Assembly (NCBI GenBank): GCA_045578345.1
Contig: JAZNKB010000008.1
Location: 31,839 to 95,838 of the forward strand
Direction: 5' to 3'
Source: Candidatus Onthoplasma sp.
GTDB lineage: Bacteria > Bacillota > Clostridia > Christensenellales > UBA1242
DNA length: 64,000 nt
Below, one piece after another: positions 19,477 through 29,600 of this stretch. The notes beneath the pieces were generated by a model. The model had not been told where the DNA came from, searched no databases, and worked only from the letters and a program-made list of their open reading frames with translations. The position numbers and the translations under genes were made by a program. The number at the start of each line of letters is the position of its first letter. Positions within the stretch are counted from its first letter, which is position 1.

Positions 19477-21345
19477 TTATTTTTTTCTAAAATGATCGAA
19501 AATTACTTTTGCTGTTGGCTTTGTGATGCCTTTTGTCGATTCTAACTCTTCTAAGGTTGCATTTTTGATGTTTTCTATTGTTCTAAACTTACTTAATAAC
19601 GCTCTTCGTGTTTTGGGGCCTACACCTTGAATTGACTCCAATCCGCCCTTAAACATTCCTTTTGCTCTCAGTTGACGATTGAACGTGATTGCAAAGCGGT
19701 GCGCTTCGTCTCGAGCAAGTTGGATTAATCTAAGAGAATAACTTCCTCTTGCCAAAATATATGGAATGCTTTGATTTGGTTTAAACACTTCTTCTTCACG
19801 TTTTGCCAAACTTATCAAATCATTTGTGAAATGATATTTTTCCATGATTTCAACCGCTGAACTAAGTTGACCTTTTCCACCATCAATAATGATTAAATCT
19901 GGCATACTTGAAAAACTTATATCATCACTCGCCAGTTTTTCCATACGGCGCGTTAAAACTTCTTTCATTGAAGCAAAGTCATCAATGAAATCAACTGTTT
20001 CAATTTTAAATTTGCGGTACATACTTGGTGCTTTCTCACCATTGATTAAAACAACCATGCTTGCAACAGTGTAAGTTCCATGAGTGTGCGAAATGTCGTA
20101 GCATTCAACACGCTTTGGAATATGTTTTAGGTTTAAATCTTTTTGAAGTTGTTTTATTGCACCAATGCTTGCATTTCTTTGTTTTGTGGTTTTGTCCAAA
20201 TTCTTTTCAATGTGCATTCTGGCATTTTTTTCTGCCATTGACAGCAATTGATATTTAACACTGTCAATTTTAGGTTTTGTTATAATAATTCTTTTTTCTC
20301 TTCGTTTGTGGGATTCTTCGACTACGCTATCGCTTCGCTCAGAATGACATGGAATATTGTATTTATTTGATAAAAACACTTCAATTTCATCCGTTTCAAT
20401 TTGTGGCAAAATTATTTCATCCGCCACCATAGGGTGCGTATTATAATATTGCATGATAAATTGCGAATATGCCTCTTTTTCTTCAAGGAAATTTAATATG
20501 TCAAAAGTTTGAATTCCTTGAAGTTTTCCGCCACGAATATTCAACACACACATTGCTGAAAATTCTCCACTAGTGATTAAATTAAACACATCATAGTCAA
20601 CAAGCGAACCAAGGCTTGTTATAACCCTACTTTCCAACTTTTCAATCATTTTAAGTTTTTCTCTGAGTTCCAAAGCAACTTCATAATTTTCATTTTGTGA
20701 AGCAAACATCATTTTTTGCTTAAGAATTTCTGCAACTTCCTTTGTTTCACCCTTTAAAAATCTTATTGCCTTATTAACTTCTTCCATGTATTCATCTTTT
20801 GTAACTTTCAAAGCACAAGGAGCTGAGCACATATGCATTTCATGAAATAAGCACGGTTTGAGTGGCTTTTTGTTTTCACCTAGTGGAAGTTTACATTTTC
20901 TAAGTTTGAATGCATAATCCATAATCGACATAACATCTCTGGCTGTTACTCCTGCCATATATGGACCAAAATATTTATCGTTTTTGTTTAACTTCCTGCT
21001 TATTTCAAAACGCGGGAAATCTTGTTTCATGTTCACTTTGATGTAAGCATACGTTTTGCTGTCTTTAAGCAAGATGTTATAGTAAGGTTTATGCTTTTTG
21101 ATAAGGTTATTTTCAAGCGCAAGTGCTTCAACTTCACTGTTTACAATGAAAAAATCAAAGTCAACAACATTTTTAACCATATTTTGAACTTTAACATGGT
21201 CCTGCTTTCGCAAAAAATATTGACTCACTCTCTTTTTTAAATTCTTAGCCTTACCGACATATATGATGTTTTCATCTTTATCTTTCATGATGTAAACACC
21301 AGGGTCATTCGGCAAACGCTTAATCTTATCTTGAATTATATCCAT
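19477..21345 (-). CDS. uvrC: excinuclease ABC subunit C
   Basis: GIY-YIG N-terminus (GVYIMKD...IYVGKA), a UVR domain, and a C-terminal endonuclease plus (HhH)2 region. 622 aa. Confidence 0.96.
   Translation of the reverse strand: MDIIQDKIKRLPNDPGVYIMKDKDENIIYVGKAKNLKKRVSQYFLRKQDHVKVQNMVKNVVDFDFFIVNSEVEALALENNLIKKHKPYYNILLKDSKTYAYIKVNMKQDFPRFEISRKLNKNDKYFGPYMAGVTARDVMSIMDYAFKLRKCKLPLGENKKPLKPCLFHEMHMCSAPCALKVTKDEYMEEVNKAIRFLKGETKEVAEILKQKMMFASQNENYEVALELREKLKMIEKLESRVITSLGSLVDYDVFNLITSGEFSAMCVLNIRGGKLQGIQTFDILNFLEEKEAYSQFIMQYYNTHPMVADEIILPQIETDEIEVFLSNKYNIPCHSERSDSVVEESHKRREKRIIITKPKIDSVKYQLLSMAEKNARMHIEKNLDKTTKQRNASIGAIKQLQKDLNLKHIPKRVECYDISHTHGTYTVASMVVLINGEKAPSMYRKFKIETVDFIDDFASMKEVLTRRMEKLASDDISFSSMPDLIIIDGGKGQLSSAVEIMEKYHFTNDLISLAKREEEVFKPNQSIPYILARGSYSLRLIQLARDEAHRFAITFNRQLRAKGMFKGGLESIQGVGPKTRRALLSKFRTIENIKNATLEELESTKGITKPTAKVIFDHFRKK
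20311..20348 (-). repeat. copy of a dispersed repeat arm, in frame within uvrC
   Basis: The minus-strand sequence gtcattctgagcgaagcgatagcgtagtcgaagaatcc matches intergenic copies at 34333, 34398, 56514 and 56619. Confidence 0.8.
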
Positions 21346-21386
21346 ATATTGTTATTATATCACATATTATCTTTATTTCAATGAAA

Positions 21387-22061
21387 TTATTGAATTTTAT
21401 TTTCTTGATTTTTTCTTAACTTTATAAATGAAATATATCCCCAAATATTAAGCCCAATATATATTAAACTCATTATAATCATCATAATTGCGTTTTGCGA
21501 ATAGCCTTTTATTAACACAATTATCCAAGTTGTTAATTCTACTAAATTGCACATTATCCACACAATCCAACCCTCTTTATACCTCAAAGCAATTAGTAAA
21601 ATTCCGCAAATGTTCAATATATCACCACAAGCATCCCAAAACGCTAGTCTCTGAGTTGGAATTAATGATAATAATAATGATAAAATTGCAGTACAAATAA
21701 TAACTAAAGAAATTGTGAAAATTGATTTTTTTACCGTCATTTTATTTAAATTTACAACATTATCATTATTATACTTCTTCCAATTAACAATACGAAATAT
21801 AGATAACGGAATATAAACTAACACTGTAAAAATAGCACTACCATACATACAAGCGAAAAAACATACTATTGTAGACATAATAGTTTCAAAAATTCCCACA
21901 AACTCTTCATACCATTTTCCTTTTGTCATAAAGTAAGTTTGTGTGAAACCTAAAAATAATGTTGTTGAGCCTAAAAAATATTTATCTTTAAACAAAATAC
22001 CAAGTCCGAAAGATAAACAAAAAGTCAATATGAAATAAATTTTAGTAAATTTTTTATTCAT
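21387..22061 (-). CDS. pnuC: nicotinamide riboside transporter PnuC
   Basis: Multi-TM protein with PnuC-like YKEGWIVWIMCN and FWDACGD segments. Start placed at the internal ATG (MNKKF). Confidence 0.75.
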   Translation of the reverse strand: MNKKFTKIYFILTFCLSFGLGILFKDKYFLGSTTLFLGFTQTYFMTKGKWYEEFVGIFETIMSTIVCFFACMYGSAIFTVLVYIPLSIFRIVNWKKYNNDNVVNLNKMTVKKSIFTISLVIICTAILSLLLSLIPTQRLAFWDACGDILNICGILLIALRYKEGWIVWIMCNLVELTTWIIVLIKGYSQNAIMMIIMSLIYIGLNIWGYISFIKLRKNQENKIQ

Positions 22062-22128
22062 AAGTGGATTATAACACATATTTCATATCTTTTAAAATAA
22101 TTTGGTCAAGTTTTTAATATAATTTATT

Positions 22129-23052
22129 ATGAAAGTTTTAAAGTTTTTAAAAAAGCATTGGTTTAAGATTTTAAGTGTGGTTTTGATTGGAACAATTTCA
22201 ATTTATGTTCTAATGTTTGGAATGAAGCGTGCAAGAAATTATGAAATTTTAAAAGGGGACGAAAAACAGCAAACAATTTACACCATTTGGCATGTTGAAA
22301 CTTTTGAAGGCGGTGGTAAGGCACGAATTGATTATCTTAAAACAATTGCGCGAAATATGGAAAAAGAAGATAATCAAATTTTGTTTATGATTAAAGCGGT
22401 TGATCCTGAAAAGTTAAGTGCAGAATTGGAAGTGAGCAAACCAGACATTATCTCTTTCGGTTTTGGTGTTGGCGAAATTATTTTACCTTATTTAAACACC
22501 CAAGAAAACACTTTTGATGTTAGAGACGAATTGATTGAGAGTGGTAGTTTTAACAGAAAGTTTTATGCCGTGCCATATATTGTTAGCGGCTACGCTATGT
22601 TCAACCACTCTATGCAAGCAAGCGAATTTCATGTTGGCACGAATAACTACACCGCCCCACAAAATATTTACTCATCATTAAATCTTCAACCAAAAGAAAA
22701 TGAAAGCCAATATGAAGCATACAAAGAATTTGTTTATGATAAAAATGTGCAACTACTTGGAACAGGACGAGATCTGTTTAGAATCAACAGCCTTAATAAC
22801 ATTGGACGAACAAATGCAATTATTAATCCGATTAACACTTACACTGATTTAATTCAATATTTAGGTGTCATAAACTCAAACAAAACAACTCAAAATTTTA
22901 TAAGATTGGCGCTTAGTGAAAGTTATCAAAACACACTTGTTCAATATTCTTTATTCAGTTCTAAATATAACAAATTGTATCACGACGGAATATATAATGA
23001 TATGGAAGATGCTATCATGAGTTGCACAGTTCCAAATGTATTCAGTAACTAA
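22129..23052 (+). CDS. membrane-anchored hypothetical protein (307 aa)
   Basis: One N-terminal TM helix. No motif recognised and no SD upstream. Confidence 0.5.
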   Translation: MKVLKFLKKHWFKILSVVLIGTISIYVLMFGMKRARNYEILKGDEKQQTIYTIWHVETFEGGGKARIDYLKTIARNMEKEDNQILFMIKAVDPEKLSAELEVSKPDIISFGFGVGEIILPYLNTQENTFDVRDELIESGSFNRKFYAVPYIVSGYAMFNHSMQASEFHVGTNNYTAPQNIYSSLNLQPKENESQYEAYKEFVYDKNVQLLGTGRDLFRINSLNNIGRTNAIINPINTYTDLIQYLGVINSNKTTQNFIRLALSESYQNTLVQYSLFSSKYNKLYHDGIYNDMEDAIMSCTVPNVFSN

Positions 23053-23053
23053 T

Positions 23054-23225
23054 GTTATGTTGAACTAAGTCGAAACATAACGATTTGCAATCATGATTAG
23101 TTTTGTAATCACGCTATAATTTTTATTTTTTATTCCTATCTATTTAATATGATTAGCGGATTATTCGATTCCACTAAGAACTATAATAAACAATGACTCA
23201 ATATCATGTTGAGATGAGTTAAAAC
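23054..23225. repeat. cluster of degenerate copies of the dispersed repeat family
   Basis: Forward arms at 23054-23081 and 23203-23225, a reverse arm at 23158-23186, and a tgatta/taatca hairpin at 23094-23111. Confidence 0.6.
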
Positions 23226-23253
23226 TTATCCTAAACGAAGTGAAAATAAAAAT

Positions 23254-24312
23254 ATGTTTGAAATTTTAAAAGATGTTTGTTTAAAAGATTTTTGCACTTT
23301 CAGTATTGGTGGAAAAACAAAGTTTTTGTTTGTTGCACACGATAATAACACTCTAATTGAAGTGTGTTTATATGCAAAATCACACAATATAAAGTATAAG
23401 ATAATTGGACTTGGTGCAAATCTTCTCTTTGATGATTTAGGGTTTGATGGCCTTATTATTGTTAACAAAACCAATAATGTTTTATTAAGAAAAGTAAACA
23501 CTTATGAAGTTTTATATGAAGACAATAGGGATATAAATTTGTCTTGTGAGTTTAATAAATCCACTTCTCTCGCATCATTTAAACTAAATAACAACTATCG
23601 TAATCATGATGACAAATGTCATAAGACTAATACTCTCAACCATGACAACAACAGTAGTAATCTCTGCTTTGGCGATAAAAATGATTGTTGTTTTGCTTAT
23701 GTGGATAGCGGGGTTAATGTAACCAACCTAATTATGAAATGCTGCATGCGATCTCTATGTGGGTTTGAATGTTTGGCTGGAATTCCTTCAACTGTTGGCG
23801 GTGCTGTAGTAAATTCATTGGGGGCGTATGACACTAACTTCTCTGACTGTATTGAATATGTTGAGTGTTATCACAAGAGCGATTTAACAAAAAAGTTAAA
23901 AATAAGCCATGAAGAATGCCGTTTTGGTTACCGCACTTCTCTATTCAAAAATGGTGAATATATTATCACAAAAGTGAAATTAAGATTGTTTGAAGATGAT
24001 AAAAGTCTAATTCAAAAACGAATTAAAGACGCAGTTGAAAAAAAGAAATCAACTCAACCGCTAGATAAATTTAGTGCAGGAAGTGTTTTTAAACGCAGTG
24101 ATATAATCCCCGCAAAAGTGATTGACGAACTTGGACTTAAAGGCACAAAAATTGGTGGTGCTGAAATTTCCACTAAACACGCAGGTTTTATTATAAACAC
24201 AACTAACGCCACCAGCAAAGATGTGAAACAACTCATCTCTCTCATTCAAGAAAAAGTTAAATCCGCCACCAACGAAGACCTAACCCCCGAAATCGAATTC
24301 GTGGAATATTAA
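23254..24312 (+). CDS. murB: UDP-N-acetylenolpyruvoylglucosamine reductase MurB with a ~60-aa low-complexity insert
   Basis: FSIGGKTKF, GLGANLLF, AGIPSTVGGAV, SAGSVFKR and GGAEISTKHAGFIIN motifs. 352 aa, against about 300 for a typical MurB. Confidence 0.9.
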   Translation: MFEILKDVCLKDFCTFSIGGKTKFLFVAHDNNTLIEVCLYAKSHNIKYKIIGLGANLLFDDLGFDGLIIVNKTNNVLLRKVNTYEVLYEDNRDINLSCEFNKSTSLASFKLNNNYRNHDDKCHKTNTLNHDNNSSNLCFGDKNDCCFAYVDSGVNVTNLIMKCCMRSLCGFECLAGIPSTVGGAVVNSLGAYDTNFSDCIEYVECYHKSDLTKKLKISHEECRFGYRTSLFKNGEYIITKVKLRLFEDDKSLIQKRIKDAVEKKKSTQPLDKFSAGSVFKRSDIIPAKVIDELGLKGTKIGGAEISTKHAGFIINTTNATSKDVKQLISLIQEKVKSATNEDLTPEIEFVEY

Positions 24313-24340
24313 AAAAAGAGCAAGTGCTCTTTTTATTTTT
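24311..24340. terminator. bidirectional terminator
   Basis: Stem agagc/gctct with A/T extensions. Confidence 0.6.
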
Positions 24341-24773
24341 CAATATTATTTATTGATGGATTAATTACTTCCACAGGGTCATATTTTTCAACTAATTCTT
24401 TGACTCTTTCAACATCTTCAGTTTTTTCATCAAGATTATAGTGGTTTTTAAAATCGTAATACATATCTTTATCTACTTCATAGGTTATTTTTGCATCGTC
24501 TTCAAGTTGAGAAACTCTTCCATAAAATTCCCATTTCTTTGTTATAAATGTAATATAAAATTTTTCGTTTTGTATTTTATATTCAAGATAAAAGCCCTTA
24601 TCCTCAACATTCTCTTTAGAAAGGTTTGTGTTTGCATCATATTCTAACATTTCTCTTATTTCATTTTCGTTTTCAAGTTCAACACTATGCTTCACATTAT
24701 CATCACCACATCCTGATAAAGTTGATGTTGCAATAGTAAGCGTAATCATTAAAGCAATTAAACGTCTTTTCAT
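24333..24773 (-). CDS. lipoprotein (hypothetical)
   Basis: Signal peptide with the lipobox LSGC at residues 19-22. Confidence 0.7.
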   Translation of the reverse strand: MKRRLIALMITLTIATSTLSGCGDDNVKHSVELENENEIREMLEYDANTNLSKENVEDKGFYLEYKIQNEKFYITFITKKWEFYGRVSQLEDDAKITYEVDKDMYYDFKNHYNLDEKTEDVERVKELVEKYDPVEVINPSINNIEK

Positions 24774-25005
24774 TGTAGGTTCTCCTTATGTGCGTATTAT
24801 AACATAAACTTGAAAATTGTCAACTCTTAACAAAAACATTTTAAAAGAAAAGCTCAAGGGAAAAGATAATCGTTTGATTTATTTTTTGATTAGTGTTATA
24901 ATAAATCCAAAGTTGAAATGCATGAAATTGTTTACATAGAAACAAACCACAACAACTAGTGTTTTGTTTGTTACTAAACAACAATTTATAAAAAAGGAGA
25001 ATTAA

Positions 25006-25776
25006 ATGGCACTTCTTGCTGATTATCACACTCACACCAAGTTTTCAAGACACAACCACGGAAAAGGTTCAGTTGAAGATAATGTTCGCGTGGCATACGA
25101 AAAGGGGCTCGCGCAAATTGCAATAACTGACCATGGTTTTAATCAAAAACTCTATGGTGTTAGAAGAAAAGATATTCCACTTGTGAAAGAAAAAATTGAG
25201 GATGCAAAGGAAATGTATCCTATTGATGTTTTATTGGGTGTTGAAGCAAACCTTATCTCAAGCAATGGCGACCTAGACATTGTTGCTGAAGATATGAATG
25301 ATCTTGATATTGTTCTTTGCGGTTTCCACCGCCTTGTTAAAGCACCAACTAGGCGTGAACAACTAAAATTTGTGTTTAAAAACATTCTTTGTGAATTATT
25401 TCACCACACCAGCAAAAAACAACGCGAAAAGAACACAAATGCTTACATCAACGCAATGAGAAAATACGACATTGACATCTTAACTCACTTAAACCACGCT
25501 TGCAAAGTGGACGTTGAAAAGGTTGCTCGTGTTGCAAAAGAAACCAACACATTAATTGAACTTAACGGAAAACGTCTTGGAATGACTGATGCGGAAATTT
25601 TGAAATGCTATGAATTAGGTTGTAAATTCGTGATTAACAGTGATGCTCACTCACCTAACCGTGTTGGTGAATGTCATTTAGGACTTGAAGCTTGTCTGCG
25701 CCTCAGAATTCCAGATAGCGCAATTGTGAACTATAATCAATTACCAAAATTAAAGAAAGAAAAAAGAAAAAACTAA
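25006..25776 (+). CDS. PHP-domain (histidinol-phosphatase family) metal-dependent phosphoesterase
   Basis: LADYHTHT N-terminus, then ITDHG and a later NSDAH motif. Confidence 0.8.
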   Translation: MALLADYHTHTKFSRHNHGKGSVEDNVRVAYEKGLAQIAITDHGFNQKLYGVRRKDIPLVKEKIEDAKEMYPIDVLLGVEANLISSNGDLDIVAEDMNDLDIVLCGFHRLVKAPTRREQLKFVFKNILCELFHHTSKKQREKNTNAYINAMRKYDIDILTHLNHACKVDVEKVARVAKETNTLIELNGKRLGMTDAEILKCYELGCKFVINSDAHSPNRVGECHLGLEACLRLRIPDSAIVNYNQLPKLKKEKRKN

Positions 25777-25788
25777 AAGGAGCTTGTT

Positions 25789-26667
25789 ATGACTGACTGC
25801 AAACAGCAAATTCTTAATACCATACCTAACAACAACTGTTGCAGTCATGCATTTTTAAATGTTGTTGTACTAACAAGTCAAATTAATAAAGACAAAACGA
25901 ATCTCATCATAAATGCTCAACAAAACATACTAGAAAAAGTGACTAAAATTGTTGCAAATTTCTATCCCAACATTGAAATTAATAGTTGGGATGGTTTTTT
26001 GTGTTTGGTTGGAAATATATATGAAATGCTTATGGATTTAAATTTCCAAACCAAGTTAGATTTGTCACTCTTCTCTGAAGAATGTGACAAGTTGACAATA
26101 TTAAAATCTTTCTTTTTGATGAATGGAAGATTTTATTACAATCAAGATAATAACTTAAATTCAAAAGGTTATAGTTTAGAATTTGTCATGAGAGATGAAC
26201 ATAATGCAAATGTTGTTTTGGAACTACTTAAACTTTACAACTTCGAATTAAAAAAGATTAAAAGACAATCCAATTTTGTTATATATACAAAAAACAGCAA
26301 TATCATAAGTGATTTGCTTGTAACACTTGGTGCAACCTACACTGCTCTTGACATTCAAAACAGTTTGGCAATAAGAGAAATGCGAAACAATGTTAACAGG
26401 CAAAACAACTGCTTTGAATCCAACCTTGATAAAACTTTAACTGCAAGCAGTTTACAACTTAAAGCAATAAACTATATCATTAACAACTACTCTATTGATT
26501 ATTTTGACGAGAGTTTACGTGAAGTTGCTCTTGCTAGGATTGCAAATCCTGATGTGTCACTAAACGAACTTCGAACACTTCTTGGTAGTAATATTAGTCG
26601 CGCAGGAATAAAGTATCGACTTGATAAAATCATTGAGTTATACAAAAAACTTAAAGGGGAAAATTAA
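25789..26667 (+). CDS. whiA: DNA-binding protein WhiA
   Basis: Size and a C-terminal HTH (ANPDVSLNELRTLLGSNISRAGIKYRLDKI). Confidence 0.85.
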   Translation: MTDCKQQILNTIPNNNCCSHAFLNVVVLTSQINKDKTNLIINAQQNILEKVTKIVANFYPNIEINSWDGFLCLVGNIYEMLMDLNFQTKLDLSLFSEECDKLTILKSFFLMNGRFYYNQDNNLNSKGYSLEFVMRDEHNANVVLELLKLYNFELKKIKRQSNFVIYTKNSNIISDLLVTLGATYTALDIQNSLAIREMRNNVNRQNNCFESNLDKTLTASSLQLKAINYIINNYSIDYFDESLREVALARIANPDVSLNELRTLLGSNISRAGIKYRLDKIIELYKKLKGEN

Positions 26668-26685
26668 TCTACAGGAGAAAAACAA

Positions 26686-29600
26686 ATGGAAGACACTAAC
26701 AAACCCGAAATGAAACCTTTTGTTCACTTACATGTGCATACCGAATTTTCACTTTTGGACGGTGCAGCAAGAATTAAAAAAATGGTTAAATTAGCCAAAG
26801 AGTATAATATGCCAGCAGTTGCAATAACTGATCACGGCAATATGTTTGGCGCAACTAGATTTTTTGATGCTTGTAAAGAAGTTGGAATTAAACCAATTTT
26901 TGGAACAGAATTTTATGTTGATGATGACTTAACTGTTAAAAAAGGCAAGCAACGACTTGCCCACCTTGTTATTTTGGCAAAAAATGAGCAAGGTTATAAA
27001 AATTTAAGTATGCTTAACACAATTGCTTTCCGTGATGGATTTTATTATAAACCAAGAATAGATTATAAAACATTGGAAAAATACCATGAGGGTTTAATAT
27101 GTTTATCTGCCTGCTTGGGCGGGGATGTTCCACGCCTTATTCTTGAAGAACAATATGAAAAAGCAGAAGAATTAATTCAATGGTTTAAAAATTTATTCGG
27201 TGAGGATTACTACCTAGAAATTCAACACAACAAACTTGCTGATCAGGAAATTGTTAATGCAAAACTAAGAGAATATTCAAAGAAATTTGGCATTAAACTT
27301 GTTGCAACAAATGACGTGCATTATCTTATGGAAGATGATGCTGAAATGCAAGATGTTTTAATGTGCGTTTCAATGCAAAAATTCGTTGACGATCCAGATA
27401 GATTTAAATTCCCAACTGATGAATTATATTTTAAAACTTATGATCAAATGCTTGCTGGACTTCCTCAAGACGAAGAAGCTCTTGCAACAACTTTAGAAAT
27501 TGCTGAAAAATGTAATTATGAATTTGTTTATGGTCATTATCTCTTCCCTAAATACGTTCCAGAAGGTGGCTACAATGCCGAAGTTGGATTAACACCAAAA
27601 GAATATTTTGTTAACCTTATCGACAAAGGTGTTGAACGCCGTTATGGTGGCTACACAGACGTTATTCGAGCTCGTGTTGCAAGCGAAATGGCAGTTATTG
27701 AAAAACAAGGTTTTATTGAATATTTCCTTATTGTTTGGGATTATATCAATGCTGCAAGAAATATGGGAATTTCGGTCGGCCCCGGCCGTGGTTCAGGTGC
27801 CGGTTCTCTTATTGCTTATGCAATTGGAATCACAAACATTGACCCACTCCGCTTCGATTTGTTGTTTGAACGTTTTCTTCATAGTGAACGTGTTACTGCG
27901 CCAGACTTTGATATTGACTTCCAAGATAACCGTCGTGAAGAAGTTGTAGATTATGTTAAAAGAAAATATGGTGAAAATCGAATTGCTCGTATTATCACTT
28001 TTGGAACAATGAAAGCAAAAAATGCTATTAAAGACGTTGGTCGTGTTATGCGTGTTCCTTATAACACATGCGACAAAATCACAAAAATGATACCTATGTA
28101 TAAAAGTCCAATCATTCCAAAAGCATTTGGTTTCCACATCCCTAAAGAAGGGGATAAAGATTTTGGAACTGTTTATATTGTTCCGGAATTAGTTGAAATG
28201 TATAATTCTGACCCACAAGTTAAAAAGATGATTGACATTGCAATGAAAGTTGAAGATTTCCCAAGACAAAGTTCAACTCATGCTTGTGGCGTTATTATTG
28301 GTGCAGATATTCTTGATAAACATGTGCCACTCGCTCGTAATGGCGAAGATATCACCACTCAATTTGAAGGTGCTGATATGGAACACCTTGGCCACTTAAA
28401 GATGGACTTCTTGGGACTAAGGAACTTAACTGATATCGTTGAAACCAAAAAATTAGTCAAAAAGAACTATGGTGTTGACATCGATTTTGAAAATTGCACT
28501 TATGATGATCCTAATGTATTTAAATTGATTTCAACAGGAAACACAGAAGGTATTTTCCAAATAGAATCTGGTGGTTTCCAAAAGTTTATGAAAGAGTTGC
28601 AACCATCATGCATAGAAGATATTGTGGCAGCAGTGTCACTTTATCGCCCTGGACCAATGGACAGCATTCCTCGTTACGTTCACAACAAACACCACCCTGA
28701 AGACACAACTTATGATCACCCTATTTTGGAACCAATTTTGAAGGTTACTTATGGTTGTATTGTTTACCAAGAACAAGTCATGAAAATTTGTCAAGAAATG
28801 GCAGGTTTCACGCTTGGACAAGCAGACATGATTCGTCGAGCTATGGGTAAGAAAAAACTTGCTGAAATGCTTAAATGGAAAGATGCTTTCCTTTATGGTA
28901 AAGAAGCTTACACTGACGACCACGGAAAATTTAACTCTGCAATTAAGGGGGCGGTAAATAATGGAGTTAGCGAAGAAATTGCAAACAAAATTTGGAACGA
29001 AATGGAAGCTTTTGCGTCTTACGCGTTCAACAAATCTCACGCAGCAGCTTATTCTCTTCTCACCTATCAAACTGCCTATTTAAAAAATTATTATTTAGCA
29101 GAATTTATCACAGCAACTTTGAATGATAGAATCACAAACATTGAAAAATTAACTCATTACATTGCTTACGCAAAACAAGAAAAAATTGAAGTTTTGCCAC
29201 CAGATATTAACAAAAGTGATGTTTATTTCACAACTGATGGAAAGAAAATTTTGTTTGGACTTTCAGCCCTTAAAAACGTTGGTGTTTCAGTTATGGAAGA
29301 CATCATCAAAGAACGTGAAGAAAATGGAGAATATAAAGACTTTAACGATTTCATTTGGAGAGCAAATCCTCAAGCACTTAATAAACGTTGTATTGAATCA
29401 CTCATTAAAACTGGTGCTTTTGACTGCTTTGGAAAAACCAGAAGCCAACTTATGGCAATCTTCTCTATCATGGTTGATAGATGCTTGGATAGAAAAAAAC
29501 AAGCAATGGATGGTCAAATGAATTTGTTTGGTGACATCATTGAAGATACAAAATTAATTGAAGACAATGAAATTCCAAACCTTAATGAGTTTAATAACAC

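Noticed and set aside
21554-21562. Isolated DnaA-box matches (TTATCCACA at 21554 and about 57691; TGTGGATAA at about 36534).
   Set aside because: These are single boxes inside coding regions with no cluster and no adjacent dnaA/dnaN or AT-rich unwinding element. This is not an origin.
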